Positions 1-14,170 of a DNA stretch of 64,000 nucleotides are shown here, one piece after another. Under the pieces are notes generated by a model that did not search any database, was not told where the DNA came from, and was given only the letters and a program-made list of their open reading frames with translations. Both the position numbers and the translations under genes were made by a program. Source of the DNA: Octopus vulgaris (Eukaryota); contig OX597833.1 of assembly GCA_951406725.2 (NCBI GenBank), positions 71,424,001-71,488,000 of the forward strand, in the 5' to 3' direction. The stretch's first letter is position 1, and every line of letters starts with the position of its first letter.

Positions 1-464
1 ATAAAAGTAGTAGTAGTAGTAGTAGTCGGGGCTTTTTTTTAAACGACTGTTTTTCTTTTCCTCTCTCTCAATATTTTATATTTTTGCAGGTTTCGCGCAC
101 CGAAAGTGTCTTTTGATGTTCTGTAACCGACGAAACGAAACCGAGATCGATTCCCACTCTCGGTGGAAGCCATTCTATTTATTTACAATTTATATTCCAC
201 ATTCCTCTAACAATCGGGGTTGAGTCGCTTTTGGAAAGGCATGAGCCTCACATAATCTTATTATTCCATTTTGTTGTTGCTTTTTTAGAAAGATTTTTTG
301 CAGAACATTGTGACCCCAGCTTCGTGCACCAGTGGAGCCATATCAGCTCCTAGAGAACAGCCCTATCTTTCCTCAAAGATATCCCATCGTGACCATCACG
401 TCGGCTTTTTCTGTCAGGAATCGTGTACCTCGGACTATATCATCCCATGTGGTCTCTCTCTGTT

Positions 465-512
<48 letters not shown>

Positions 513-619
513 CCTCTCTTTCTCTTTCTCTCTGGCCGTTAATCTTCGTTCTCTCAAAGGAAGCAGGCTGAAGAGGATAAAGGGAAGACATGTATACTGG
601 GGTCGCAACGTGGTTGTCT

Positions 620-810
620 AGTCCCTAATTAACCCAGATCAAGCAGGCTTAATTAAGATCAAAACAAACCAGCCGTGAGCTTTCCATCTGTTTTTTTTTT
701 TTTTTTACATATCTTAGACTACGCAGAACAATGTATCTTTTTCCTCCCCATCTCCAGTTGAATGGGATTTGGTTGCTATTTCTAGGAGATTGAGTGACCA
801 CGCAAAGTTC
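620..810. mobile_element. Old dispersed SINE-like repeat fragment (family E)
   Basis: Motifs 'ttaaccc..gatc', 'tct.agactac' and 'gatttgg.tgctatttctag' recur at ~15380-15520 (opposite strand), ~47490-47535, ~54060-54200 and ~54950-55120. Confidence 0.5.
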
Positions 811-986
811 GATCTTCGATGGAAGACATTTTACCTTAGCAGCTAATATCCCCGAGAAAGGCACGAAGGCCATAGCACCATGTTCCCTATCGTTTAATTT
901 GCTAAGCCATGCGTAGCTGAAAATTGCAAAATAAATACTGCGCTATGGTAGCACAATACTATACATACACACAAATGTATATATTA

Positions 987-1100
<114 letters not shown>

Positions 1101-1122
1101 TGGTCTTTGGCCAACAGGTTTT

Positions 1123-1183
1123 GGAGTCTGACGATACGCCATAAAGTTTAACCCTTTATGGACAGGAAACCCAGGATAATCCC
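1123..1183 (+). ncRNA. Degenerate type I hammerhead-like motif
   Basis: CTGACGA core at 1128-1134, 8-bp stem CCATAAAG/CTTTATGG, GAAAC at 1166-1170; stems I and III are decayed. Confidence 0.4.
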
Positions 1184-1274
1184 ATCAACCGGCCTTCCCC
1201 AGGAAAGAATATATATACTGATCTACATCTTAGAGTGTGCTCCTTCTTCGGATTTATGCTTTCTACAAATGGTA

Positions 1275-1409
1275 TGTGTATATATATATACTTACACATT
1301 CATACATATGTATGCATGTATATATATATACATATGCATACATGTGTATACATATGTATGTATAAATATATATATATATATACATATACATATACATACA
1401 TACATATAC

Positions 1410-1447
<38 letters not shown>

Positions 1448-1467
1448 CATACATACATATACATATG

Positions 1468-1528
<61 letters not shown>

Positions 1529-1625
1529 AAATAATCACCCCATGGATTTAAATGGATAGTACCATACAAAATTCTGGTACCTCTGACTTAAGTACCATAT
1601 TCATCTGAATCTAAATTTTGCTGAA

Positions 1626-1678
<53 letters not shown>

Positions 1679-1689
1679 ATGTATGTATT

Positions 1690-1724
<35 letters not shown>

Positions 1725-1740
1725 ATGTATGTATATATGT
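1275..1740. repeat. (AT)n/(AC)n compound microsatellites
   Basis: Directly visible. Confidence 0.95.
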
Positions 1741-2519
1741 ACTGTAGGCTTATAGTAAAGAATGCGATCCAAAAGCTGCGGTTGTATCGTCGCAGTCTCC
1801 TCCCATGCCTCTCCAGACCCATTCCATCTTCCTCGGTTGCTTTCGTTTTTGTCTGTCAGTTCAAAAGTGCGCCAAGTAAGAAGGATCCACTTTAGATCAT
1901 TCATCAATGCATCGCAGAGCGAGAAGTGGACGGTGGGGGTACGGTGCGTCGGTAAAATAAACACACAAACATTAAAATCTGTGATCAATTAATCGTGGAA
2001 ACCCTATCACCTACAAATGTCTAAATGTGCCCCGAGGAACCAGAAATGGTAAACTAAAAAAAGGGAAGAAAGGAAAAAAAAAACGGACATCTTCAACAAG
2101 TTATTCGACGTAACATGTTTTCCTTTCTTCTCCCTGGACATGCAAAACAAAGGAGCCCCGACCCGTTCCCTTTCAATTTACCGACTTGGGTTATTTCTAT
2201 TGACTGCAAAATATTTTCGTTTCGTTATTGGTTCCTAAGAATCGCAGCAAAACACACCCGAAAGCCATCTTCCTATCTATCTATCTTCCGTCTCTCTCTC
2301 TCTCTCTCTCATCATGTTTTCTTGTGTTTGTTTTGTTTCTGAAACAGATATCCATATTTTATATTAATTAATTTGTTAATGAGCCAAGACTTTTCAAGGA
2401 ATATATTAAAAACGCACGGAAACAGGAAGTGAAGTCTAATTTATGTCTCTCTCTCTCTCTCTTTCCCTCCCCTTATTTTCTCCCTCACCTATCTATTTCT
2501 TATTCTCTCTTGCTCCCTC

Positions 2520-3100
<581 letters not shown>

Positions 3101-3228
3101 ACACATACATTCATTATCTTTTTCTAAATGTGTTTACGTTTAAACATACGCAGATTTTTATATCTGTATCTACATATTTATCTCCCCCCTGATTATATGC
3201 GTGTGTGTACAATGTGTGTGTGTGTACA

Positions 3229-3266
<38 letters not shown>

Positions 3267-3401
3267 TTTGGGGTGGTGTAGGTGTGTGTGAGGTGATGTG
3301 TTAAGTGCAGCGGTACTCGCGAACCTCTTCGTTACAGCTTGTCACCGTTATTTGGCCCGTTTACTGAAATAAGAAACGGCCTAACGGTATACTCTCTACA
3401 C

Positions 3402-3551
3402 CAGTGGTGCGCAACATGTGTTCCGTAAATGTAGAAGTATTGGGGGTCCGTGAACATGTTAAGCTGACAGATGGTTCAATATCCTGGGATCTGTGGGAAA
3501 ACTCATTTAAATAAAAGGGGTCTTTGTTAGTGAAAAGTTTGGGAACCACTG
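3402..3551. mobile_element. hAT (Charlie-like) MITE, 150 bp
   Basis: Ends CAGTGGTGCGCAAC and GTTTGGGAACCACTG; perfect 8-bp TSD CTCTACAC at 3394-3401 and 3552-3559. Confidence 0.9.
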
Positions 3552-3599
3552 CTCTACACGGTCTCCCTTCCTAATTGTCTTCTCCAGGCCTCCTCTCGG

Positions 3600-5470
3600 C
3601 CACACACAATAACTGGTTTCTTTGCGACCTCAGGTTCAACTCGCTGGACCTTGAGGCAGCAGTGAGCTCCAAGGAAGATACATATTTATGTTTAACCCTT
3701 GTGAATATTCCTTGTTAGTTATCAATCACTGTTCGCTTCCCTTGTGGGCGAGCCCAGAAAAAGAAAAGCTAATGGAGTATAGCCCGGTAGAAAAACAGAG
3801 TTTGGAGATTAGCTTTGAGGCGGTTTTCGACTGATTGAATTTCCAGCAAGTGGTATCAATTTGCTTTGCTCACCTTAGGCAAGGGGACTATCTTCTTGAA
3901 AGCGGACATACTGATCCCGAGAAATGCGCAACCACAATGTCAACATAAAGCTTCATTGTCCAAGTAACTTCTAAGATCTTAAAAAAAATATATTGGCGGT
4001 GTGCGGTGAATCATGTAAGGGACTAGGTTTTTCGATATGTCGGAATCTTCTGGTCAGAATATTACACCATCAGTGGTTCAGGGAAACGGAAGCTGGTCTT
4101 TGCAGATGCCTGTGTGACTGAGTTAGGATCTATTCCATCGATCCCTGAGCAAGAGTATTTAGTGACCGTGCTGCTCACGTCGACGAAGAAGGCCTTGGAT
4201 GGGCAGCTCAAAAATCCCCCGCTCAACTCAATCCCTGGACAGAAAACCGCGCTTCGTAGATTATTCCGGATGGCAATATAAGGACAAATATGAAATGACA
4301 CAAGTTTGTCATGTAGAACAGTGGTGATCCGCGGAACGGTGCCGGTACGCGCCAAGTTTCCAGAAAAAAAAGGAAACATTATAAAATGCTTATGTAATAT
4401 TGAATTATTTGTTTACAAAATAAATATGATAAAACAAACTGTCAACTTTTATTATATTCATTATAGATATTGCTTCCGGTATAAATTAATATTACTAAGA
4501 AATATTACCGGTCCCTGGCATTTTGGAAAAGAAAACCTGCCGGTATTCCACATCAGTTTGAGAAGCACTGATGTAGAACATACCACTTCAAAAGCAGTTC
4601 ATTATTACATCACAGAAGTAGAGAAGTTGTGTAACTCAACATTGGAAGGATATCAACACCGTCGCTGTCTGCAGAAACAAGAGAGATAAATCTGCTCCAA
4701 CAGAAGGAGTAAAGCATTTCCGGTCCGTTGTTGAGAAGGTCCTGGCCATGAACCTGTTCTTAAATATCGGAGAACATTACAGCAGAGGCACAGTGAAGCC
4801 GAGGCACATTGTAACTGAGGCACAGAAGACGTCTGCATGAGAGATTTGTGTAACAACATCAACATTTTTTCATCAATAAAAGCCTTTCGAAACAAGAAAC
4901 AACGAACTTTTGCGGGAGGTTCTCGGAAAGTTTGGTTGCCCGCCATCCCAACATTCGGGAATATTTATATTCTGCCTTGTTCCGCATTAGAATGGATCGC
5001 TCGAGTTGTATTTAAGGTGGAACAGTCTGAGCGCTTCAGTGCTGAATGCTGGAATAAGTCAACGTTGTGTGCTGGGTTCGGTAATGCTTTATATTTTGCT
5101 CGTCTGTGTGGCGGCTCTGTTTCGCAGAAGGATAGAAGCAGACAAGCGAGTCAAAAGACCCTTGGACTCGACGGACAAACTTGCCCACACACGAAACCTG
5201 CGGCCCACCATTTACTCTTATCTGATTTGAACTACAGTATACTGTGCTTTGATAATTCCCACTCCAGAAGTCTTTGAAGCCCCCCCCTCTCTCGATAGGG
5301 GTTATACTGGGCTCCAGTTCGTTTCTCATTGGACGAGAGAATCTGCTTTCTGTGGAAGGGATGCGTTCCACTAGTCAGGCGCTCCATATTTTATCTATAT
5401 TCCCTGAGTTTGTGGGACTGAGCATGCGCAGATTTACCCTGAGACAGCAACAGCTGCAACGTCACCTCGA
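3600..5470 (-). mobile_element. Highly decayed LINE ORF2 remnant, possibly Tx1/L1-like
   Basis: Minus-strand pieces such as 'LSPTNSGNIDKIWSA...PIERGG' resemble the post-RT 'IDK...W...P..GGL' region; many stops; interrupted by a MITE. Confidence 0.35.
4319..4570. mobile_element. hAT MITE, 252 bp
   Basis: Ends CAGTGGTG and GTTTGAGAAGCACTG; perfect 8-bp TSD ATGTAGAA at 4311-4318 and 4571-4578. Confidence 0.85.
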
Positions 5471-5482
5471 GGGCGAGCAGGC

Positions 5483-5540
5483 CTGTCTGTCCTTGTTTGT
5501 TCCCCCTCTATGTGTGGGCCCTTGTGGCTAATAAAGAAAC
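5483..5540 (+). mobile_element. 5'-truncated SINE family B
   Basis: Tail matches the full copies (tgtctgtccttgtttgt...cccttgtgg..aataaagaaa); 9-bp TSD CGAGCAGGC. Confidence 0.8.
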
Positions 5541-5559
5541 CGAGCAGGCGCGGTCGACG

Positions 5560-6030
5560 TTTATCAGGTTACTTTTACATGTTCAGGTGAAAGCACCATA
5601 CATTGCCAACCTTGTGCTTGAGACGATTGTCAATGACTTCTAGATTTGTGGCTCATTCTTTTAATTTCCCAAGAACTTGACAAATATTTCATCATCCCTA
5701 AGGATGGTGAAAAATAAGGATCACCCAAGAATATAAACAGTGGAAATCCAACGTCTAGACTCCTAGCATTGAGCTAATACTTGTATGATACAAGTGCATT
5801 TGAGGAAATTGCACGTATTCACAACGACAGCGCCCTGATCTTAAGCAATTGTTTGGTTTGTGGAACAAAGATCTGATTGTTGAGATGACGGTCATTTGGG
5901 AAGGCAAAATGACATGGAGACCTAAAAAAATGCTCCATTTCCTTCCTCTTTCCATCTCTAGGCTAAGCTCCACGCGCAGTTGGATCCCACTGAATCCAAT
6001 ATCGTTTTGTGGCATCAAGTTTTCACAACC
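5560..6030 (-). mobile_element. Penelope-like element RT/thumb remnant
   Basis: 'GIQLRVELSLEMERGRKWSIFLGL...SLFHKPNN...YVQFPQMHLYHTSIS' resembles the Penelope pattern 'I.FT.E.E...L.FLD...VY.KP...YLHF.S.HP..TK.S'. Confidence 0.55.
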
Positions 6031-6139
6031 TTAAACACTCCTCTAAACATGATGTCACAAACTGATGGAGTTTTGCGGTCGTGCTATATAATCCAACTTT
6101 CGTTGGTTCATAGTTGTGGAGACGGAGAACTGGGAACAG

Positions 6140-6300
6140 AACCTTTCCTTCTCTTTGCTATGCTCCTTGCATTTTTCTCCTGATGAAGGACTAATGACCG
6201 AAACATTAGAACTTTTTCTATTCAACAGTTAAGCTAATACCGTATTTGTTACAATGTTGTTCTTCGTTTGTCGCCCTTTTTTAACTCTTTAAACCCACAA
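6140..6300 (+). mobile_element. Penelope-like terminal repeat with minimal hammerhead motif
   Basis: CTGATGA-AGG..CC-GAAAC-ATT at 6180-6207; downstream sequence resembles that after the motifs at ~42510 and ~43590. Confidence 0.55.
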
Positions 6301-6850
6301 CTACGCTTTACAGAATGCGATTTCGTTCGATTATACTCCTGAAATATGTAAAAGCGCTCGGTCCTCCGCTTTTGTGTTTACGGAGGAAAATAAGGATATT
6401 TTTGCCAATTAGAAAGCCATCAAGAGAAAACAGCTTTTGAGTCTTCCAGGAAAATAGTCAAACGAAATGGCGCCCACTAAAACTTACTCGGGAGATTAAA
6501 GGATTAACGTTTATTGTGTTTACACTTTATATTTAACGCCTGCGTGGGCTGCTAGATTCGACCTTGGAACTCCAACTTTGAATTCTACACTGGATTACTC
6601 TCTAGTAAAATCCTCATATAGATGTGTGTGTGCATGAGTGTGTTTGTATATCTATTAGTGCGAATGTGTCTGTACATATATATATACGCACACGTACGCG
6701 CGCGAGTGTGTGTGTGTGTGTGTGTGTGTGTGTATTTGCTTACAAACCCCTTTCATAATATGATGTAAATATTATCATAATGAAAAAAGGAATTCTAGAG
6801 CAACACAGTGACCTCCCGCTCACATAAACCCTTCTCTCCCACGCACTACA

Positions 6851-6912
<62 letters not shown>

Positions 6913-7499
6913 TTATACACACACAAATACAAACATGCATACATAAAGATGAGAGAGACAGACAGACAGAGGAAGAGAGAGAAATGACAAGCATTTGTGT
7001 TGTTTATTTCGTAGCTAATATATATATGTGTGTAGAGCTGCAGACAAACAGACAGATAGTCAGATATATGCATATATACATATCTACATATATATATACA
7101 AACGTACATAGACAGACAGACGTATACACAGGCTGCTCTTTCATAGATAGATTGATAGATAGGTAGACAGAGAGATAATAACAAATACACACACACACAC
7201 ACGCGCACATGCACGGTCACACACGTATAGTAAGGTGTGTGTATACAATTCGTTTTCGCGGATGACACGTACGTAGATAGATGTGATTGAGGAAGGTGTA
7301 GGGGATGGAAAAGAGAGGAGAGCAGAATGGTTTGTGTTCGTCTGAAGAGGATTGCGACGATGAGGGAAGGAAGGATGGGTGGGTGGGGCGGCGACTATAA
7401 ATAATATCCCGAAACATACGCATGTGTGTGTGTGTGTGTGTGGCATGCGCATATATATATATACATATTTATCTATATCTATATCTATATATATATCAA

Positions 7500-7554
<55 letters not shown>

Positions 7555-7569
<15 letters not shown>

Positions 7570-7700
7570 TGTGGATATATATACATGTGTGTGTATATAT
7601 ATATGCATGTGGATATATATACATGTGTGTGTATATATATATATGCATGTGGATATATATACATGTGTGTGTATTTATATATATATACATGTGTGTATAT
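7555..7700. repeat. ~38-40 bp minisatellite x3 (atatatgcatgtggatatatatacatgtgtgtgt)
   Basis: Directly visible tandem units. Confidence 0.85.
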
Positions 7701-7712
7701 ATATATATATAT

Positions 7713-7747
<35 letters not shown>

Positions 7748-7911
7748 TATTCGTATATATATATATATATATATATATATGCATGTATCGTGTGTGTGTG
7801 TGTGTGAGTGAATGCGTGTATATGCGTTTGTGTGAATATATTCGGAAGCTTTTCGTTTTTATGCATTTGTGCAGAGAGGCACCGAATACACACAGAAAAC
7901 ACGCGAGTAAA

Positions 7912-7946
<35 letters not shown>

Positions 7947-8329
7947 CTGCACAACACATGCACGCACAGTGCGCATGCACCGACACACACATACTCTCTC
8001 TCTCTCTCTCTCTCTCTCTCACAGAAGTGCACACACACTGGCTGACGGATGCGCGCGCACTTAGACGCAGTCACGAACCCACACTCGCACTTCCAGCCAC
8101 AACCGAACGCAAACACACACACAACCGACACACACACAGTCACACGCGCATTTACAGACACACACGCATACATGCACACGTACATGCGCACGCACGCGCA
8201 CCGCCTTCTCCCCCGCTCCGTGCGCACGCGCGCCAAACTCGGCGCAGAACCGCATTCGCTGACGTTCATTCAAAGCCGCGCACAAACCCGGAGCCTCGCA
8301 CAAACACATCCACACTTTACACACCAGTT

Positions 8330-8575
8330 TTTTTCTTTTTCTGTCTCTCCCCTCCCTCTCTCTCTCTCTTTCTTCTTTTCTTTCTCTCTCCTCTCTCTCT
8401 CTCTCTCTCTCTTTCTTCTTTTCTTTCTCTCTCCTCTCTCTCTCTCTCTTTCTTCTTTTCTTTCTCTCTCCTCTCTCTCTCTCTCTCTCCTTCTTCTTTT
8501 CTTTCTCTCTCCTCTCTCTCTCTCTCTTTTTCTTCTTTTCTTTCTCTCTCCTCTCTCTCTCTCTTTTTCTTCTTT

Positions 8576-8615
<40 letters not shown>

Positions 8616-8682
8616 CTTTTCTTTCTCTCTCCTCTCTCTCTCTCTCCTTCTTCTTTTCTTTCTCTCTCCTCTCTCTCTCTCT
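8330..8682. repeat. Polypyrimidine compound repeat with higher-order unit (ttcttcttttctttctctctcc(tc)n)
   Basis: About 350 nt almost entirely C/T. Confidence 0.9.
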
Positions 8683-8951
8683 ATATATATATCGATCTAT
8701 ATATATTTATACGCATATGTTACATGTTTATGAAATTATATATATTTACATACACACACACACATATATATATATGTATATATATATATACACACACATA
8801 TATGCACGTGTATACATACATACATGCATACATACATATATATATTTATGTATATATATATTCTTTTATGTTCAGTCCAATGACTGTGGCCATGCTGGAG
8901 CACGCCATTAAATATTGTGTTCCCATGCCATATACATACACGATCTCTCTC

Positions 8952-9118
<167 letters not shown>

Positions 9119-9404
9119 TAAGGATAAGTGAGAGCAGAGCCGTGTATTTCGAACTGTTGGTAGCCAATATGCAAATCGAGTTCTGTTTCGAACCCACCTT
9201 CCTCCCGCCAGTGAATTCTACCCAAATGTTGTCACGTCTAATAGGCTGCCATAAAATTTAGACTTATATCATTGATTTCTTTTTTTTGCCATTCCCTCCG
9301 CCACCCTTCTTCCACTCGCAGACGCATTCGCAGATTCACGCAGACATTCAAAAATATGTAATATACACATGCACCACGTTCTCTCCTCTCTGTCTTTCGT
9401 CGTA

Positions 9405-9460
9405 TATGTGTGCGTGTGTGTGTGTGTGTGTGAGTGCGTGTGTGTGTATGTGTGTGTGCG

Positions 9461-9553
<93 letters not shown>

Positions 9554-9670
9554 GTCTGTGTATGTGTGTGTGTGTGTATGTCTGTGTGTGTGTGCGTGCG
9601 TGTGTATGTGTGCGTGCGTATGTGTGTGTGCGCGTGTGTGTCTGTGTCTATGTGTGTGCGTATGTGTGTA
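9405..9670. repeat. (GT)n microsatellite
   Basis: Directly visible. Confidence 0.95.
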
Positions 9671-10186
9671 CATACATACATAGAGAAAGATAGATTTTGT
9701 TTTTTTCCTTTCCCGCCTTCCTGGTTTTCTCTCCTTCTCTCCTTCTCTCCATCTGTTTGCCTATCGATATATTTGACTGTCGGTGTGTCTGTCTGTCTGT
9801 GAATGTGTGTACGAGCGCACATGTGTGTGTGTGTGTGTGTGTAAACACTTGAGCGCAAAGATATCGGTTTGCACAAAGCGGCAAAAAAAGAAAAAAAAGA
9901 AAAAGAAAAACGGAGTATTGGCTATTAAAAAAATAAAGTATCAATCAATCTATACTTTTATTAATCTCCAATACTTGTAAAGTCTCTACTCCGAGTTCCA
10001 GCGATTGGTTAAATAACAGACTTCATATCGTCACTCCGAGTAACAACTTTACCGCTTCTGGAAACTGTTGAAAATCACAAACACTTTCGTACTTGTATTG
10101 AGTTCTCTTTTCTTGGTCAGCGTAATTCACATTGTGTGTGCGAGCATGTGTGTGTGCGTGCGTGTGTGTGTGCGTGCGTGTGTGCA

Positions 10187-10222
<36 letters not shown>

Positions 10223-10548
10223 CACACACACACATACATACATACTTACATGCATGCATACATATATACATGCGTACATACACGCATACATACATACACA
10301 CATACACACATACATACATACATACATACACACATACACACACACATATCTTTGCATCTTTCATTCTTTCCTCACCCTTTTGCTCTCCGTTTTTTTTAGC
10401 TTCTTCTCCCCCTTGCTCTCCAGCTTACTCTTTATTCTTTGATATACGTGTCCACTCTTTCTCTCTCCCTCTCTCTCCTCGCCCCCTTTTTTTTTTATCT
10501 TTCCAGTAATCTGTCTGTGTCTCTCCTTCCTCACGTTAACACCCTATT

Positions 10549-10608
<60 letters not shown>

Positions 10609-11383
10609 GCACACACGCACGCACACATCGCACTATCTTCCTGGCAATCGCAGTTCGCCCTATTTTCGCACAAGTGTCCCCTTCACGTCTACATCCGGGC
10701 ACTGTGCCCCTGTTTTCATCCAACTTCTCAACCCTAACCCTAACCAACAAGATTCCTTTCATTCCAAGCAGTGAACAGGTCTCACTTGGCTCTCCTTGCT
10801 CTCCAACTCTCTCTCTCACAAGCTCACACAGCAAACCTTTTTTCTCCCATTTATTGCCCCTTTCTTTCCCACTCTTTCATCATCTTCTCTTCTCGCATTC
10901 TCCATATTTTCTCCTTGCTCTCCTTCTCTCTCTCCCGTTTTCCATCTCTCACTTCCTCGCTCTCTCTCTCTCTCTCGCTCCCTCTCCCTCTCTCTCTGTC
11001 GCATGCTCCTCTCTCTTAGCCTCTCACTGGTCTCCCATCTCTCATCTTTTCAAATTCCTCGCTCCGTTCCCTCATCTTTCTCTCATTCGCCATTTCTCAT
11101 ATTTTATTTTCACGTTTCCCACATAAAACAGTTCTCAACTCTACATCTCGCCCTTTCCCCCCCTCTCTCTCTCTTCCTCTCTCTGCCTCCGTCTTTCTCT
11201 GTCTCTCTCTCTCTGTCTGTTTGTCTCTCTCCCTCTCTTATCGCGTACTTCACCCTCATTCATATTCACTAATATTCTTTTTTCATCTTTGTATGTGTGT
11301 TTGTGTGCACAAACATACATACATACATATACACACATATATAGATATACATGCACACATGTATATAGTATGAGAGAACTCTC

Positions 11384-11421
<38 letters not shown>

Positions 11422-11789
11422 AAGTCTTTCTGTTATTAGCCACTCTTTTATGCTCTCTACTTTCACTCTATCTATCTATCTATCTATCTATCTATCACTT
11501 TTTTTCTAGTTTCACTTTCGAAACTCTCTTCTCCGATGGTTCACTGCTCCCCCTCGCTTTGCCAGACTATTCCTTTTATCACACATGCTCTCTCTCCCTC
11601 TCTTTCTGCATCTCTCCCCGTATATCTCTCTTCCTCTCTCTATTTTTTTCCTCCCTCCATTTTCTCTCCTTTACTGTCTATTTTTACCGCCCGGTTTTCC
11701 TTCATTCGCTCACTCGACTTTTAAACCTCTTCTGTTACTTCAAAATGTATATATATATATATATATGCCTCTGCGTGTGTGAGTGTGTA

Positions 11790-12275
<486 letters not shown>

Positions 12276-12647
12276 TAGCTATATTCGCACAAACACCAAT
12301 TTACCACAGCATTCTATTTCTTTCTCTCCTCTCGTTTCTATCTCACACTTATCTATCTATCCACCCATCTACACACACACACACACACACTCACACATAC
12401 GCATGCTCGCGCACACGCACTCACACACCTCCCTCCCTCTCCACCTACCTACCGACATACTTACATACATACATACTTATATAAAACATGTATCTATCAG
12501 CCTTCCATCCTCTCACACTCGACTCTCTTCTTTTCCCATCGCTCCTTGTTTCATTTTTCCATATTTCATCCCCTTTTTCACAATATCTCCTTGTCTCTCC
12601 CCCCTCTCTCTCTCTGTCTCTCTAATATCTATCTATCTATCTCTCTA

Positions 12648-12713
<66 letters not shown>

Positions 12714-12976
12714 GTCTGCTTTCTCGTTCCCTGCAAACCCTTCTCTTTTCATTTTCAATATCTCACTTTCTTCTTTCCCTCCTACCTCTCTCTCTCTTTC
12801 TCCGTCTCTGTCTGTCTGTCTCTATCCCCCCTCTCTCTCTCTTTCTGTCTAGCCTTCTCCCTCTACCAATCCCTCCCGCTCCAGCAATGCTTCATAGGAA
12901 TTATTGATTCTTTTAAAAACGAACTGGAATAAGGCAGCCGTCTTTAAAAAATGCTTTGCTTCGTAGCGCGGAACCG

Positions 12977-13015
<39 letters not shown>

Positions 13016-13043
13016 TGTGTATATCCATCTATCTATCCATCTC

Positions 13044-13148
<105 letters not shown>

Positions 13149-13149
13149 A

Positions 13150-13260
<111 letters not shown>

Positions 13261-13317
13261 ATGTGTGTGTGTGTGTGTGTGTGTATATCATCTCAGTAAA
13301 GATATGTGTGTACAGAC

Positions 13318-13379
<62 letters not shown>

Positions 13380-13410
13380 GTAGGTAGATAGGTAGATTAT
13401 ACTTATATAT

Positions 13411-13650
13411 AGGCGCAGGTAATGGCTGTGTGGCGAGAAGCTTGCTTCCCAACCACATGGTTCCGGGTTCGGTCCCACTGCATGGCACCTTGAACAAGTG
13501 TCTTCTATTATAGCCTCGGACAGATCAAATTCTTGTTAGTGGATTTAGTTGACGGAAACTAAAGCGAAGCCCATCACGTGTGTGTGTCTGTGTGTCCGTG
13601 TCTGACCAACGTTTAAAACATGGTATTGGTTTGTTTACGTCCCCATAACT
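13411..13650 (+). mobile_element. SINE family A (tRNA-derived), 3'-truncated
   Basis: Head aggcgcagg..tggctgtgtgg with B-box-like gggttcggtccc; matches the full copies. Confidence 0.85.
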
Positions 13651-13744
13651 TCACCTGATGACACACATACGTGCACCACAACTATTTGGACAGCATCTCA
13701 CCACGAGGCACCAATGCCTGATGGGTCGAAACGATTGTAGTGAG
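13650..13744 (+). ncRNA. Type I hammerhead ribozyme candidate with enlarged loop 2
   Basis: Stem I TTCAC/GTGAG; core CTGATGA 13655-13661; stem II cacacat/atgggtc (2 mismatches); GAAAC 13728-13732; loop GATT; GTA cleavage triplet 13737-13739. Confidence 0.65.
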
Positions 13745-13883
13745 TCTCAGGAATTCCATTTTCTTTCTCTCATATTTTGGACACGAAGGATATTTTGAAA
13801 TCCAATGGCATTTAGATGGATACTGTTGATGACATCAGGTAGCTGAACACAGAGAATGGGCTTTGATCGACACACTATTACTT

Positions 13884-14170
13884 ATCATCATCATCGTTTA
13901 ACGTCCACTTTCCATGCTAGCATGGGTTGGACGATTTTGACTGAGGACTGGCGAACCAGACGGCCGCACCAGGCTCCAATCTTGATCTGGCAGAGTTTCT
14001 ACGGCTGGATGCCCTTCCTAATGCCAACCACTCCGAGAGTGTAGTGGGTGCTTTTTACGTGCCACTGGCACGGAGGGCCAGTCAGGCGGTACTGGCAATG
14101 ACCTCGCTCGAATCTTTTTACACATGCCACCGGCACAGGTGCCAGTAAGGCGACGTTGGTAACAATCACA
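13884..14170 (-). mobile_element. SINE family D with RTE-type (GAT)n tail
   Basis: Minus strand reads ggttggcattaggaagggcatccagccgtagaaact...catggaaagtggacgttaaacgatgatgatg. Confidence 0.7.

Noticed and set aside
127-165. CCGACGA-AAC-GAAA-CCGAG...CTCGG-TG hammerhead look-alike
   Set aside because: No stem II or stem I, and the triplet is GUG.
4837-5277. 146-aa + strand ORF
   Set aside because: No recognisable domain; it lies antisense to a probable LINE remnant.
10729-10746. (CCCTAA)2 telomere-like motif
   Set aside because: Too short to indicate an interstitial telomere.
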